A DNA stretch of 64,000 nt from an uncultured Gemmatimonadales bacterium (GCA_963716255.1 OY970303.1:4512001-4576000), one strand, 5' to 3'. Shown: positions 17,382 through 30,133, numbered from the stretch's first letter. Numbers and translations: made by a program. Notes: generated by a model from the letters alone, not told the origin.

Positions 17382-18347
17382 TCAGGAGTCGCCCGGGAGC
17401 GAAACGTCGGTGCCCATCCACGTCCGCTGCTCCAGGGTGAGGGGCTGCCGTCCCGCGCACCCCTCGTCCATCTCGTGCCAGGCCTGCACCCGCGGCTCGC
17501 CCCGGCGCCAGCACAGGTAGACCCAGCGCCCCTCCCACGTAGTCGGGAAGTTCAGGAGCCCCTGCTCCGGTCCGCCCGGGGGGAGGCGGATCCCCCGCGC
17601 CGCAACCTCCGCCCGGAGGATCCGCAGCACCTCGTCGTCGGCGGCGAGCACCGCCGCATGGTGCGCCGCCGCCTCGGCGTGGTCCGGGCAATCCGGCTCC
17701 TGGAGCCGCTCGCCCCAGATCAGCTTCAGGGCCTGGTGGCTGTCGGCGTGGCCGGTCGACTCCTCCCTCAGCCGCTCCGCCTCCTCCAGCACCCACTCCA
17801 TCAGCGGGACCAGCACGTTCGCCTCCTCCACCCGGAACGCCCGCCGCGGTCTCGGCTCGCCCTTCCCGGTCTCGGCCCGGCTCTGTTCCAGGCGGTGGAG
17901 CACGCCTACCTCCAGGACGTTGACCACCAGGATCGCGTCCGGGTGACAGGCCGTCTCGAAGCCCTCCGTCATTGCCTGGAGGACCACCTCCCCCGCCAGA
18001 CGACCGGCGCCCATCCCGAGCAGGGGTGCGGCGACCGTCCGGATCTTGGGGCCGGTCCGGGTACACTCGCCGAGCCGGGCGCCGATGCGCCGGATCGCGC
18101 TCGCGTCCGCGCAGTAGCCCCCCACGGTCGCCGCGTATGCGACGTACTGCGCAATGTTCTCGCGACCTTTGAGATGCATCACGTGGACGTCTCCGAGCTG
18201 CATGCCGGGCCGGGGTGCCGGAATGCCGTATCGCAGCAGCTTCTGGAAGACGAAAGACGATGTCGTGCCCGCCGTCGAGCAGGGGAGCACGATCAGGTCG
18301 CTCGGGCAGTCGAACATGTCTCCGAGCCGGATCTGCACGGCGCTCAT
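17382..18347 (-). CDS. Macro-domain-like N-terminus fused to a DUF2203-like C-terminus
   Basis: N-term IRLGDMF..SDLIVLPCS...VAAPLLGMGAG (macro-like); C-term FRVEEANVLVP...GLLNFP...VYLCWRRGEP..WHE..G.AGRQPL (DUF2203-like). Confidence 0.6.
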   Translation of the reverse strand: MSAVQIRLGDMFDCPSDLIVLPCSTAGTTSSFVFQKLLRYGIPAPRPGMQLGDVHVMHLKGRENIAQYVAYAATVGGYCADASAIRRIGARLGECTRTGPKIRTVAAPLLGMGAGRLAGEVVLQAMTEGFETACHPDAILVVNVLEVGVLHRLEQSRAETGKGEPRPRRAFRVEEANVLVPLMEWVLEEAERLREESTGHADSHQALKLIWGERLQEPDCPDHAEAAAHHAAVLAADDEVLRILRAEVAARGIRLPPGGPEQGLLNFPTTWEGRWVYLCWRRGEPRVQAWHEMDEGCAGRQPLTLEQRTWMGTDVSLPGDS

Positions 18348-18620
18348 GATCTATCCGACATGTGCTGGAATAAATGGGAAATTCGCCTGTTCGGCCCGCT
18401 TGTTTCCGACCGATGATATTACCACGCGGATTTGCCGCCCTCAAGGTTCACCGGTGGGTGCGGGCGGCGGGGGCCGGGTCGCGGAATGTCTCCGCACCTC
18501 CCGGCGGAACCCCCGGGCTGATATGTTGTTGCGTCTCGGACGGCAGGTCGCCGCCCGTGCTCGTGCAAACGCAACCGCCAGGGCGCCCGCGCCCGGCGCA
18601 TCCCCGCGAGGCTCAACGAC

Positions 18621-20303
18621 ATGGCCGGACCGGAATTCATCTACGTCATGAAGGACCTCCGCAAGGTGGTCCCCCCCAACCGCGAGATCCTCAAGGGGAT
18701 CTGGCTCTCGTTCTACCCGGGCGCCAAGATCGGCGTCGTGGGGCCCAACGGCTCCGGCAAGTCCTCGCTCCTGCGCATCATGGCGGGCGTGGACAGGGAC
18801 TTCAACGGCGAGGCGTGGCCGGCCGAGGGGACCCGCGTGGGCTACCTGTCGCAGGAGCCGGAGCTGGACCCGGCGCTGGACGTGCGCGGCAACGTCGAGG
18901 AGGCGGTCAAGAGCCAGCGCGACCTGATGCGCCGCTTCGACGAGATCAACATGAAGTTCGCCGAGCCCATGTCGGACGACGAGATGACGGCTCTGATCGA
19001 CGAGCAGGCGCGCGTGCAGGACCAGATCGACGCGGGCAACCTGTGGGACCTGGACCGCAAGATCGAGATCGCCATGGACGCGCTGCGGCTCCCCCCGGCC
19101 GACGCGCGCGTGGAGAGCCTGTCGGGCGGCGAGAAGCGCCGCGTGGCGCTCTGCCGCGTGCTGCTGGAGGAGCCGGACATGCTCCTGCTGGACGAGCCCA
19201 CCAACCACCTGGATGCCGAGTCCGTGGCGTGGCTGGAGCACCACCTGGCCGAGTTCAAGGGCACCATCGTCGCCATCACCCACGACCGCTACTTCCTGGA
19301 CAACGTGGCGCAGTGGATCCTGGAGCTGGACCGCGGCGAGGGGATCCCCTGGAAGGGCAACTACACCTCCTGGCTGGAGCAGAAGCAGGAGCGCCTGCGC
19401 AAGGAGGAGAAGCAGGCCAGCGCCCGCCAGCGCACCCTGGACCGCGAGCTGGAGTGGGTGCGCATGGCGCCCCGCGCCCGCCAGGCCAAGAGCAAGGCGC
19501 GCATCAGCTCGTACGAGCAGCTGCTGGGCGAGGACCCGCGCGAGAAGCTGTCGCGCGCCGAGATCGTCATCCCCAACGGGCCGCGCCTGGGCGACGAGGT
19601 GGTGGTGGCCGAGGGGCTGAGCAAGGGCTTCGGCGACCGTCTGCTCATCGACGGGCTGACCTTCCGCCTGCCGCGCGGCGGCATCGTGGGCGTGGTGGGG
19701 CCCAACGGCGCGGGCAAGACCACGCTCTTCCGCATGATCACCGGCCAGGAGACGCCGGACGGCGGGGCGCTCAAGGTGGGCTCCACGGTGGAGCTGGCGT
19801 ACGTGGACCAGAGCCGCGACACGCTGGACGGCGAGAAGACCGTGTACCAGGAGATCTCCGGCGGCGCCGACGTCATCAAGCTGGGCCGCGGCGAGGTCAA
19901 CTCCCGCGCCTACTGCTCGTGGTTCGGCTTCAAGGGAAGCGACCAGCAGAAGCTGGTGAAGCACCTGTCCGGCGGCGAGCGGAACCGCGCGCACCTGGCC
20001 AAGGTGCTCCAGAAGGGCGGCAACCTGATCCTGCTGGACGAGCCGTCCAACGACCTGGACGTGGACACGCTGCGGGCGCTGGAGGACGCGCTCCTGGAGT
20101 TTGCGGGCTGCGCGGTGGTGATCTCGCACGACCGGTGGTTCCTGGACCGCATCTGCACGCACATCTTGGCGTTCGAGGGGGAGAGCGAGGTGCGCTTCTT
20201 CGAGGGCAACTACCAGGAGTACGAAGCCGACCGCAGGAAGCGCCTGGGCGCCGAAGCGGACCAGCCGCACCGGATCAAGTACCGGAAGCTGGTGCGGGCG
20301 TAG
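18621..20303 (+). CDS. ettA: Energy-dependent translational throttle protein (ABC-F)
   Basis: [20 protein letters not shown], two ABC domains, [19 protein letters not shown] linker, HRIKYRKL C-terminus. Confidence 0.95.
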   Translation: MAGPEFIYVMKDLRKVVPPNREILKGIWLSFYPGAKIGVVGPNGSGKSSLLRIMAGVDRDFNGEAWPAEGTRVGYLSQEPELDPALDVRGNVEEAVKSQRDLMRRFDEINMKFAEPMSDDEMTALIDEQARVQDQIDAGNLWDLDRKIEIAMDALRLPPADARVESLSGGEKRRVALCRVLLEEPDMLLLDEPTNHLDAESVAWLEHHLAEFKGTIVAITHDRYFLDNVAQWILELDRGEGIPWKGNYTSWLEQKQERLRKEEKQASARQRTLDRELEWVRMAPRARQAKSKARISSYEQLLGEDPREKLSRAEIVIPNGPRLGDEVVVAEGLSKGFGDRLLIDGLTFRLPRGGIVGVVGPNGAGKTTLFRMITGQETPDGGALKVGSTVELAYVDQSRDTLDGEKTVYQEISGGADVIKLGRGEVNSRAYCSWFGFKGSDQQKLVKHLSGGERNRAHLAKVLQKGGNLILLDEPSNDLDVDTLRALEDALLEFAGCAVVISHDRWFLDRICTHILAFEGESEVRFFEGNYQEYEADRRKRLGAEADQPHRIKYRKLVRA

Positions 20304-20450
20304 CCGTTTCGAACTCGGCGGGGTGGATGTGAGCGGGGGAGGGTGCCGGACGGCGCCTTCCCCGCTCTGTTCGTGGACCAGCCCAGGCGTCGAACTTGCA
20401 TCGTTTAATTGGCGTCTATTTTCTCTCAAACCTTCAAAGCGAGGACCTGT

Positions 20451-20846
20451 ATGAGCCGCTTCACCTTGCTGGCCGGCTGCGCGCTGACCCTGCTGTCTGG
20501 TGTCGGCTGTTCGGACACTTCGTCACCTGTGCTACCCGCCGCTCCGTCCCGATCGGTGGGTACGCTCGAGGTGTACTTCGAGGCTACGCACAGTGGCAAC
20601 CAATTTCCGGGTCAGGCCTGCGAGTGGCACGCCTACACGGTTGGGGGAACGCCTCCCTACACCTTCGTCTGGTCGTCGTACAACTTGGATGGAAGTGGAA
20701 CGGACAACTATTTTTATGGGGTTTCCTATGACGTGGGGACATACTCTCTGACGGTCCAGGTAACCGACGCCGATGGGCGAACCGGATCGAAGACGTACAA
20801 TGGCAACACCGGATATGAATACTTGGACCGGGCCTGCTCTATTTAG
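20451..20846 (+). CDS. Small lipoprotein with an Ig/PKD-like beta domain
   Basis: Lipobox GVGC; GGTPPYTFVW and YSLTVQVTDADG; lower GC than the flanks. Confidence 0.7.
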   Translation: MSRFTLLAGCALTLLSGVGCSDTSSPVLPAAPSRSVGTLEVYFEATHSGNQFPGQACEWHAYTVGGTPPYTFVWSSYNLDGSGTDNYFYGVSYDVGTYSLTVQVTDADGRTGSKTYNGNTGYEYLDRACSI

Positions 20847-20847
20847 G

Positions 20848-21111
20848 GAGTTTCAATGCGGGAACATCACGAACGGGTGGACCTGCGCCTGGACGGCCGA
20901 CGTGACGGGCGGGACGCCACCTTATACCTGCCAATGGGTTGATTACACGGGGAGGGTGGGCACCGGGCCTGACGACGAGTCGTACGGGGCGGGCTGCTAG
21001 GTCGTCTACACGCAGGGCAGCCTTGGCCTCGAGGTTGCCGATGCCAACGGGCGGCTGGTCACTCGCGAACCGATCATTGAGGATTCGGAGTCCATGCCGA
21101 TGATTTGCTGA
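20848..21111 (+). pseudogene. Headless paralogous fragment of the 20451 lipoprotein with an in-frame TAG
   Basis: EFQCGN...CAWTADVTGGTPPYTCQW...GAGC*VVYTQGSLGLEVADANGR...MIC*; no start codon or signal peptide. Confidence 0.65.
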
Positions 21112-21134
21112 AAGCGGTGCGGCTTCTACACGGA

Positions 21135-21174
21135 GCGGCCCGGATGCACTTACGCATCCGGGCCGCGGCGTTTT
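21135..21174 (+). terminator. Intrinsic terminator-like hairpin
   Basis: GCGGCCCGGATGC-ACTTAC-GCATCCGGGCCGC then GGCGTTTT. Confidence 0.55.
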
Positions 21175-21265
21175 CCCACCCATCTGCCGCAGCGGCCGGA
21201 AAAATGCCGTCTGCCCGCCGGAAGGTCTCGCGAGTGGTCGGCCGCACCCGGAACGCGTCCCGCGC

Positions 21266-23110
21266 ATGAAGATCGTCGCAGTCACGTCTTCCTCAGCCGG
21301 CACCGCCCTCGCGCTCATGGCCGCGGAGGCGCTGAAGCGTACGGCGGAGGTGATGGGCCACACGATCCGCGTGGACCCCCACGACTCCGGTGGGACCGCC
21401 GAGCCGCTGTCAGACGCGGACATCGCCGCGGCCGACGTGGTGATCGTCGCGTCGGATGCCCCCATGGACGGCGCGCGCTTCGCCGGCCGGCCCGTGCACG
21501 CGGTGCGCACGGCCGACGCCATCCGCCACACCCGCGCCGTGCTGGACGCCGCGCTTGCCCTCGTCGCGATCCCAGCCGCCGAGCCGCCCGAGCCCGCCAT
21601 CGCCGCCGTCCCCGTTCAGGCGCCGTCTCCAGCGCCCGTCGTCCCGGCGGAGTTTGCCTCCGACGCTCCAGCGCACGCCGGCAAGCGCATCGTCGGGATC
21701 ACGGCGTGCCCCACCGGCATCGCGCACACCTTCATGGCGGCCGAGGCACTCCAGAAGGCCGCCCGCGCCATGGGCCACGACATCAAGGTGGAGACGCAGG
21801 GCTCGGTGGGCGCCAAGAACCAGCTCACCGCCGAAGACATCGCCGCCGCCGACGCCGTGGTCATCGCCGCGGACACGCAGGTGGACACCTCGCGCTTCGG
21901 CGGCAAGCCGGTGTACGTCACCAGCACCAAGCACGCGATCAAGGCCGGACGGGAGGTGATCGACACGGCGCTGGCGCAGCCGGCGGGCCCCGCGTCCGGT
22001 CCGGCGTCCGCCGCGACGAGCGGCGGCGCTGCCTCCGCCGAAAGCGCGAAGTCCCGCAGCGGCCCGTACAAGCACCTGATGACCGGCGTCTCGTACATGC
22101 TGCCGGTGGTGATCGCGGGCGGGCTGTGCATCGCGCTGGCGTTCGCGCTGGGCGGCATCTACGCCGGGGAGCGCGAGGGGACTCTCGCCTACGCCCTCAA
22201 CCAGGTGGGCGGCGGGGCGTTCCGGCTTTTCGTGGCGGTGTTCTCCGGCTTCATCGCGTACTCCATCGCCGACCGGCCGGGGCTCGCGCCGGGGCTGGTG
22301 GGCGGGCTGCTGGCGCAGGAGATGGGCGCCGGCTTCCTGGGCGGCATCGCTTCGGGGTTCCTGGCCGGGTACCTGACCCGCTTCCTGGCGCACAGGATCC
22401 GCCTCCCGGCCACGCTGGAAGGGCTCAAGCCCGTGCTCGTCCTCCCGCTGCTCGCCACGCTCGCCGTGGGGCTGGGGATGATCTACGTCATCGCCCCGCC
22501 GACCCAGGCGCTCAACCAGGCCATGAACGGCTGGCTGCTGGGGATGCGGGGCGCCAACGCCGCGCTGCTGGGGCTGGTCCTGGGCGCGATGATGGCGGTG
22601 GACATGGGCGGGCCGCTCAACAAGGCCGCGTACACCTTCGGCGTGGGGCTGCTGGCGAGCCGGGTGGACGCGCCCATGGCGGCGGTGATGGCCGCCGGGA
22701 TGACCCCGCCGCTGGGACTGGCGGTGGCCGCGTTCCTGTTCCGCGGACGATTCGACACCGACGAGCGCAGGGCCGGTGGCCCGGCGTTCGTGCTGGGGCT
22801 GGCCTTCATCACCGAAGGGGCAATCCCCTTCGCCGCCAAGGACCCGCTGCGCGTCATCCCGGCGCTGGTGGCGGGCTCCGCCACCGCGGGAGCGATCTCC
22901 ATGGCCGCGGGGGCGCGGCTCCTGGTGCCGCACGGCGGCATCTTCGCGGCACTCATCCCCGGCGCCGTCACGCAGCTGCCCGCGTACCTGGGCGCCATCG
23001 CCGCGGGGACGGCGGTGACCGCGGCGGCGCTGTTCGTGCTCAAGCGCCGCCTCCCCCCCGCGGTCGCGGGAGATGAGGACGCCTCGCCCGACGCGCGCGC
23101 CGCCGCCTGA
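21266..23110 (+). CDS. fruA: PTS fructose-specific EIIB'BC
   Basis: Cys-less IIB' repeat, IIB ITACPTGIAHTFMAAEAL and KVETQGSVG, IIC YKHLMTGVSYMLP, DMGGPLNKAAY, FITEGAIPFAA. Confidence 0.95.
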   Translation: MKIVAVTSSSAGTALALMAAEALKRTAEVMGHTIRVDPHDSGGTAEPLSDADIAAADVVIVASDAPMDGARFAGRPVHAVRTADAIRHTRAVLDAALALVAIPAAEPPEPAIAAVPVQAPSPAPVVPAEFASDAPAHAGKRIVGITACPTGIAHTFMAAEALQKAARAMGHDIKVETQGSVGAKNQLTAEDIAAADAVVIAADTQVDTSRFGGKPVYVTSTKHAIKAGREVIDTALAQPAGPASGPASAATSGGAASAESAKSRSGPYKHLMTGVSYMLPVVIAGGLCIALAFALGGIYAGEREGTLAYALNQVGGGAFRLFVAVFSGFIAYSIADRPGLAPGLVGGLLAQEMGAGFLGGIASGFLAGYLTRFLAHRIRLPATLEGLKPVLVLPLLATLAVGLGMIYVIAPPTQALNQAMNGWLLGMRGANAALLGLVLGAMMAVDMGGPLNKAAYTFGVGLLASRVDAPMAAVMAAGMTPPLGLAVAAFLFRGRFDTDERRAGGPAFVLGLAFITEGAIPFAAKDPLRVIPALVAGSATAGAISMAAGARLLVPHGGIFAALIPGAVTQLPAYLGAIAAGTAVTAAALFVLKRRLPPAVAGDEDASPDARAAA

Positions 23111-23139
23111 CCCCCGGCACACCCCGAACCCCGCCCACG

Positions 23140-25605
<2,466 letters not shown>

Positions 25606-25619
25606 GCGGGGGCACGCGC

Positions 25620-26576
25620 ATGCAGGAGCTCCCCGTGCAGGTGGTCACCGTGACCCCCAACCCGGCGATCGACTGGACGCTGGTGGTCCCCGGCTTCGCC
25701 GCGGGTCGCGTCAACCGCGTGGAGTCGGAGCGCTCGCACGCCGCGGGCAAGGGCGTCAACGTCGCGGCGGCGCTCGCGGGGCACGGCGTGCGCGCGGCCG
25801 CCACGGGCTTCCTGGGGCGCGACAACGCGGCGCCCTTCGAGGCGCTCTTCGCGCGCGCCGGCATCGCCGACCGCTTCGTCCGCGTCCCCGGGGCGACGCG
25901 CGTGGGGATCAAGGTCGCGGACCCCGCCGGCCGGCTGACCACGGACCTCAACTTCCCCGGCCTGGCCCCCGGAGCGCCGGAGGTGCGGGCGCTGCTGGAC
26001 GGGGTGGCGGCGTTGGCGGCGGGGGAGCCCCGCCCGTGGGTCGTGCTCGCCGGCAGCCTGCCGCCCGGCGTGGAGCCCACCCTGTACCGCGACCTGGCCC
26101 GCGCGCTGCGCACGGCGGGGTGCCCGGTGGTGGTGGACGCGAGCGGCGAGCCGCTGCGGCACGCGCTGGACGCCGCGCCGCGGGTGGTGAAGCCCAACGT
26201 GCACGAGCTGGAGGCGCTGCTCGGCGAGCCCCTGCCCACGCTGGAGGCCGTGGTCCGCGCGGCGCGGGCGCTGCTGGAGCGCGGCGTGGAGCTGGCCGCG
26301 GTGTCCATGGGGGAGGAGGGGGCGCTCTTCGCGGAGCGGGGCGCGGCGGTGCTCGCCGTGCCGCCGCGCGTGGAGGTGCGCAGCACCGTGGGCGCGGGGG
26401 ACGCCATGGTGGCGGGGATCGTGGCCGGGCGGCTCCGCGGGCTCGCGCTCCCGGAGCTCGCCCGCCTGGCGACGGCGTTCTCCCTGGACGCCCTCACCCG
26501 CGACCCCTCGTCGCCGCCCTCGCCCGGTGCGGTGGAGGCGTGGGCCGCGCGCGTGGAGGTCCGCGCCGCGGGGTGA
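25620..26576 (+). CDS. fruK: 1-phosphofructokinase
   Basis: TVTPNPAID, AGKGVNVA, LAGSLPPG, VKPNVHEL, STVGAGDAMVAG (PfkB family). Confidence 0.93.
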   Translation: MQELPVQVVTVTPNPAIDWTLVVPGFAAGRVNRVESERSHAAGKGVNVAAALAGHGVRAAATGFLGRDNAAPFEALFARAGIADRFVRVPGATRVGIKVADPAGRLTTDLNFPGLAPGAPEVRALLDGVAALAAGEPRPWVVLAGSLPPGVEPTLYRDLARALRTAGCPVVVDASGEPLRHALDAAPRVVKPNVHELEALLGEPLPTLEAVVRAARALLERGVELAAVSMGEEGALFAERGAAVLAVPPRVEVRSTVGAGDAMVAGIVAGRLRGLALPELARLATAFSLDALTRDPSSPPSPGAVEAWAARVEVRAAG

Positions 26577-26615
26577 GGGAGTGCGAGAACGGCGTCGTGC
26601 CGGGCCGTTGCAGTG

Positions 26616-26661
26616 CTCCCCCTCTCCCGCTTGCGGGGGAGGGGGCCGGGGGGAGGGGGCC
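26616..26661. repeat. Companion hairpin (type B)
   Basis: CCCCCTCTCCCGCTTGCGGGGGAGGGGG followed by CCGGGGGGAGGGGGC. Confidence 0.7.
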
Positions 26662-26666
26662 GCCGT

Positions 26667-26796
26667 CGCGTGAGGGATTACGGCCCGAAGGGGCGAGACC
26701 GCGCGGCTGTTTGCGCGGGCTCGACTCCGTCAAGCAGCGTTGTTTGCTGCTTTACGGAGCCGAAGCCCGACCCCGGCGCCAGCCGGGGGCACGCCC
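26667..26796 (+). repeat. R1 structured repeat, copy 3
   Basis: Full R1 core; variable stem AAGCAGC/GCTGCTT. Confidence 0.95.
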
Positions 26797-26936
26797 GAAC
26801 CCTGCCGTTCGTTCAGCTGATTCCCCAGCGGCGGCCTTGTTGCCGGGCACCGAACGAGCCGCTACCTTGCCGCTCTCCACGCGCGCCGACGCTTCCCCTG
26901 GCGCGCCATACGACCCCCCGCGCCCTCCTCGTCACC

Positions 26937-27527
26937 ATGGACTTCCCGCTCCAGCTCAAGTTCAAGACCGTCGCCATCTCCCCGCAGATCTCCGTCACCG
27001 ATTCGGCCGGGCGCCTGCTCTTCTACGTGAAGCAGAAGGCGTTCAAGCTCAAGGAAGCCGTCACGGTGTTCGCGGACGCGGAGCAGACGCGCCCGCTGTA
27101 CAGCATCGCCGCCGACCGCGTGCTCGACATCTCCGCCCGGTACCACATGACCGAGGCGGCGGGCGGCGGGGAGCTGGGCGTCCTCCAGCGCCGCGGGATG
27201 CGCTCGCTGTGGAAGGCACACTACGAGATCCACCGCGGCGGCGGCCCCATCCTGAACATGCGCGAGGCGAACCCCTGGGTGAAGGTGCTGGACGGCGTGC
27301 TCGGCGAGGTCCCCGTGGTGGGGATGTTCACCGGGTACTTCTTCCACCCCGCGTACGTGGTGTCCCGCGCGGTGGACGAGGCGCCGATGCTGCGCGCGGT
27401 GAAGCAGCCGGCGTTCTTCGAGGGCCGCTACTCCATCGAGCGGGTGGGCGACCTGAGCCCCAACGACGAGACGCTCGCGGTGCTCAGCATCCTGATGATG
27501 CTGCTGCTGGAGCGCCGGCGCGGGTAG
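26937..27527 (+). CDS. Conserved hypothetical protein, LURP-one/scramblase-like
   Basis: QISVTDSAGRLLFYVKQKAFKLKEAVTVFAD, ADRVLDISARY, RRGMRSLWKAHYEI. Confidence 0.7.
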   Translation: MDFPLQLKFKTVAISPQISVTDSAGRLLFYVKQKAFKLKEAVTVFADAEQTRPLYSIAADRVLDISARYHMTEAAGGGELGVLQRRGMRSLWKAHYEIHRGGGPILNMREANPWVKVLDGVLGEVPVVGMFTGYFFHPAYVVSRAVDEAPMLRAVKQPAFFEGRYSIERVGDLSPNDETLAVLSILMMLLLERRRG

Positions 27528-27792
27528 CCGGGCCGCTCTTCCCCGGGAGGGGCGGCCGCGCTCCGGCGTCGCGGCCACCCCTCCCCGGGCGCCGGAGCGT
27601 GGCCGGCTTCCCCGAGGGCCACACACGTGGGCCGGGGGCACTTCCGCGATCGCCGGACTGCGTTTATTTTCAGGCTCCAATTCCCCTCAAGATCGGACGG
27701 AAGAGTACTTCCGGCGGCCCGGTGGCGCAGCCGACTTCCCGTCCCTCCCGGGCTCCCGCCCTTTCACCGCTCGTTTTCCGGAACCTCCTCAC

Positions 27793-28848
27793 ATGACAAG
27801 ACCGACACGCCGCATGGCGCTGCTGCTGGGCGCCCTGTTCCTGGGGTTCGCGCCCACCCTGGGCGCGCAGACGCCCGATTCCGTGGTCGCCGCCAGCTGG
27901 AGCGGCAAGAGCCTGTTCCGCGTCAACGTGGACGGCGGCACCACCCTCGGCGGCGACTACGACGGCGGGTCCAGCTCCAGGATCCCGGCCGAGGGCGCGG
28001 GAACGCGCCTGATGTGGTACCCGGGGAAGGCCTCCTTCCGCGCGGGCTACATCAATGGCACGCAGTGGGACGACGCCAACATCGGCAACTACTCGGTGGC
28101 CATCGGCGAGAACGTCCGCGCCAGCGGCGACCACGGGGTCGCGTTCGGGCTGCGCACCACCGCCGCGCAGACCTCGTCCTTCGCGGTCGGCGAGGACAAC
28201 ACGGCCAGCGGCGCGGCGTCCGTCGCGCTGGGCTACCACGCCCACACCAACGCCCGGCAGGGGAGCTTCGTCTTCTCGGACCGGTCTTCGGTGGACACCC
28301 TGCGCGCGGGCGTGAACCACTCGGCCAACTGGCGTGTCTCGGGAGGGTTCCGGGTCTTCACGAGCAGCAACCTGTCCACGGGGGTGACGATCCAGTCCGG
28401 GGCCAGCGTGAGCAACTGGGGCCAGAGCGGCGCGGTGATCAGCACCAGCACGGGGGCCTACCTTTCCACGGGCGGCACGTGGACCAACTCGTCGGACGTG
28501 AACCGCAAGCACCGCTTCGCGACCGTGGCGGGCGAGGACGTGCTGGCGCGGCTCCGCGGCATGCCCATCAGCACCTGGAGCTACCGCACCGAGGACGACG
28601 ACATCCGCCACCTGGGCCCCACGGCGCAGAACTTCAGGACGGCCTTCGGACTGGGGGCGAACGAGACCACCATCGCCACCGTGGACGCGGACGGCGTGGC
28701 CCTGGCGGCCGCGCAGGCGCTGGAGCGCCGCACCGCCGCTCAGGCGGAGGAGATCCGCGCGCTGCGCGAGGAGAACGCCGCGCTCAGGGCGCGGCTGGAC
28801 CGCGTGGAGGCGGCGCTCGGCCTCGCGGCGGCGCCCGCGAAGCCGTAG
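27793..28848 (+). CDS. Secreted fibre-like protein with YadA-head-like repeats and a C-terminal S74 autocleaving chaperone
   Basis: Signal peptide; ~14-aa SVAIG/VAFG/FAVG/VALG repeats; NSSD..RK, WSYR, HLGPTAQNF..AFGLG; terminal coiled coil. Confidence 0.8.
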   Translation: MTRPTRRMALLLGALFLGFAPTLGAQTPDSVVAASWSGKSLFRVNVDGGTTLGGDYDGGSSSRIPAEGAGTRLMWYPGKASFRAGYINGTQWDDANIGNYSVAIGENVRASGDHGVAFGLRTTAAQTSSFAVGEDNTASGAASVALGYHAHTNARQGSFVFSDRSSVDTLRAGVNHSANWRVSGGFRVFTSSNLSTGVTIQSGASVSNWGQSGAVISTSTGAYLSTGGTWTNSSDVNRKHRFATVAGEDVLARLRGMPISTWSYRTEDDDIRHLGPTAQNFRTAFGLGANETTIATVDADGVALAAAQALERRTAAQAEEIRALREENAALRARLDRVEAALGLAAAPAKP

Positions 28849-28941
28849 GGCGGGGCGACGGCTCCGCGCGCGCACCACGGGGCGGCCTGGCGACGGGCCG
28901 CCCCGCTGCTTATCGCCCCCCCGCATCCCACGGCTCACGGT

Positions 28942-29895
28942 GTGGTTCCACCGGTACCGCGACCGCCCGCCGGGCCGTTCCATCAGTCCCTTCGTGCACT
29001 ACACGACAGCGTATTGTGGGCCTGTCGGCTGTGCCGAAGTGCTGCCGAATACGAGAGAGGTATCCTGTGGTTTAGGAGGGCATCACGTTTGGCGCGGCGA
29101 TCTCGCCCACCCTCGGAGATCGACTTCGCGAATGCACACCTCGGTTGGGGGCACCTGGAGCACGATCGCGGGAACCTTCCCCAGGCCGAGGTGCACTTCT
29201 GGAAAGCGTGTCGGGCGGCTCTCCGGCACGGGCGACACTCCCTCGCTGCGGCGGCGTATCACAACCTCCTGATTCTCTCTGTCGACGCAGACCAGCCTGA
29301 TGATGCCGCCGTGTTCGCTCTGAAGGCCATCCACCTGCATCCGGCAAAGCACCCCCGGCTCCCTGTCCTCGCGTTCGACGTCGGTTTTCTTTGGCTGAGC
29401 AAGGGACATTTCTCAGCTGCATTATACCTCTTCAACAAGGTGCTCCCCTGGATCGTGTCGGTGCCGGAGCGTTCATTGGCGCTTGCACTCTTCGCCAGGT
29501 CGGCAGCAGCCGTGCGGGATCGCATCCGTTTCGAGCGCGCCGCGGGAGAGGTGATGAAGCTCGCGCAAGACAACAGCGAGCGAGCAGATGCGGCAATGTA
29601 CCACCTTGCGGAGGGGGCGAGGTCGTTCGAGCAGTGGGACCGAGCGAAAGTGCTCGCCGAGCAGGCAATGGAATTTGCTCGTTTCCGGCGTAACGGAGTG
29701 GTGCTGACCCTCACCGAACGTCTGACAGGAGAAATCGAGGAACGCAGGCTCGGCGATGTAGATGTCGTGCCAGAAGAAGGAGGATTTGTCGATCGTGTCA
29801 CCTCCAAGTTAATGGCCAAGCTGCGGAAGCAGCCCGCCCCAGAACCTCGGGATCCTGAAGCGGGCCTATTCCCGGAGCGTTACCCGCTCGATTGA
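28942..29895 (+). CDS. TPR-like all-helical protein (start uncertain, possibly 5'-truncated)
   Basis: TPR-type repeats AHLGWGHLEHDRGNLPQAEVHFWKA, AAAYHNL, AMYHLAEG; lower GC; no clear RBS at the GTG start. Confidence 0.6.
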   Translation: MVPPVPRPPAGPFHQSLRALHDSVLWACRLCRSAAEYERGILWFRRASRLARRSRPPSEIDFANAHLGWGHLEHDRGNLPQAEVHFWKACRAALRHGRHSLAAAAYHNLLILSVDADQPDDAAVFALKAIHLHPAKHPRLPVLAFDVGFLWLSKGHFSAALYLFNKVLPWIVSVPERSLALALFARSAAAVRDRIRFERAAGEVMKLAQDNSERADAAMYHLAEGARSFEQWDRAKVLAEQAMEFARFRRNGVVLTLTERLTGEIEERRLGDVDVVPEEGGFVDRVTSKLMAKLRKQPAPEPRDPEAGLFPERYPLD

Positions 29896-29908
29896 CTGAC
29901 TGTCTCGC

Positions 29909-30133
29909 CTATTTGCCGCTTCCTGTCGCCGTACTGTCTTCCGCTACGAACGCACCGTCCGTCCGGTGACCGCTGCCGATCCCACCTCCGCTGGACAGGC
30001 GGGCCCACCCGGTATCTGCCGAAGCCGAGACGCGCCGCGCCTGAGCCCATGCGCTCGGCTCCGTGGGCCGGCCTCCGTTGCAGGCCGAGAGCCCTGCCGC
30101 GCAGACGAGCAGCGTAAGAACAAGTCGCTTCAT
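29909..30133 (-). CDS. Small lipoprotein/peptide (74 aa) with a GGGIGSGH motif
   Basis: Strong RBS AAGGAGG; MKRLVLTLLVCAAGLSAC lipobox; unstructured mature part. Confidence 0.75.
   Translation of the reverse strand: MKRLVLTLLVCAAGLSACNGGRPTEPSAWAQARRVSASADTGWARLSSGGGIGSGHRTDGAFVAEDSTATGSGK

Noticed and set aside
21107..21122. Possible Cra/LacI-type operator (GCTGAAAGCGGTGC) upstream of fruA
   Set aside because: Only one half-site matches, and it lies upstream of a terminator-like hairpin.
26755..26800. Group II intron domain V resemblance in R1 (GAGCCG...GCACG)
   Set aside because: The required domain V pairing and a following domain VI are absent, and there is no RT gene.
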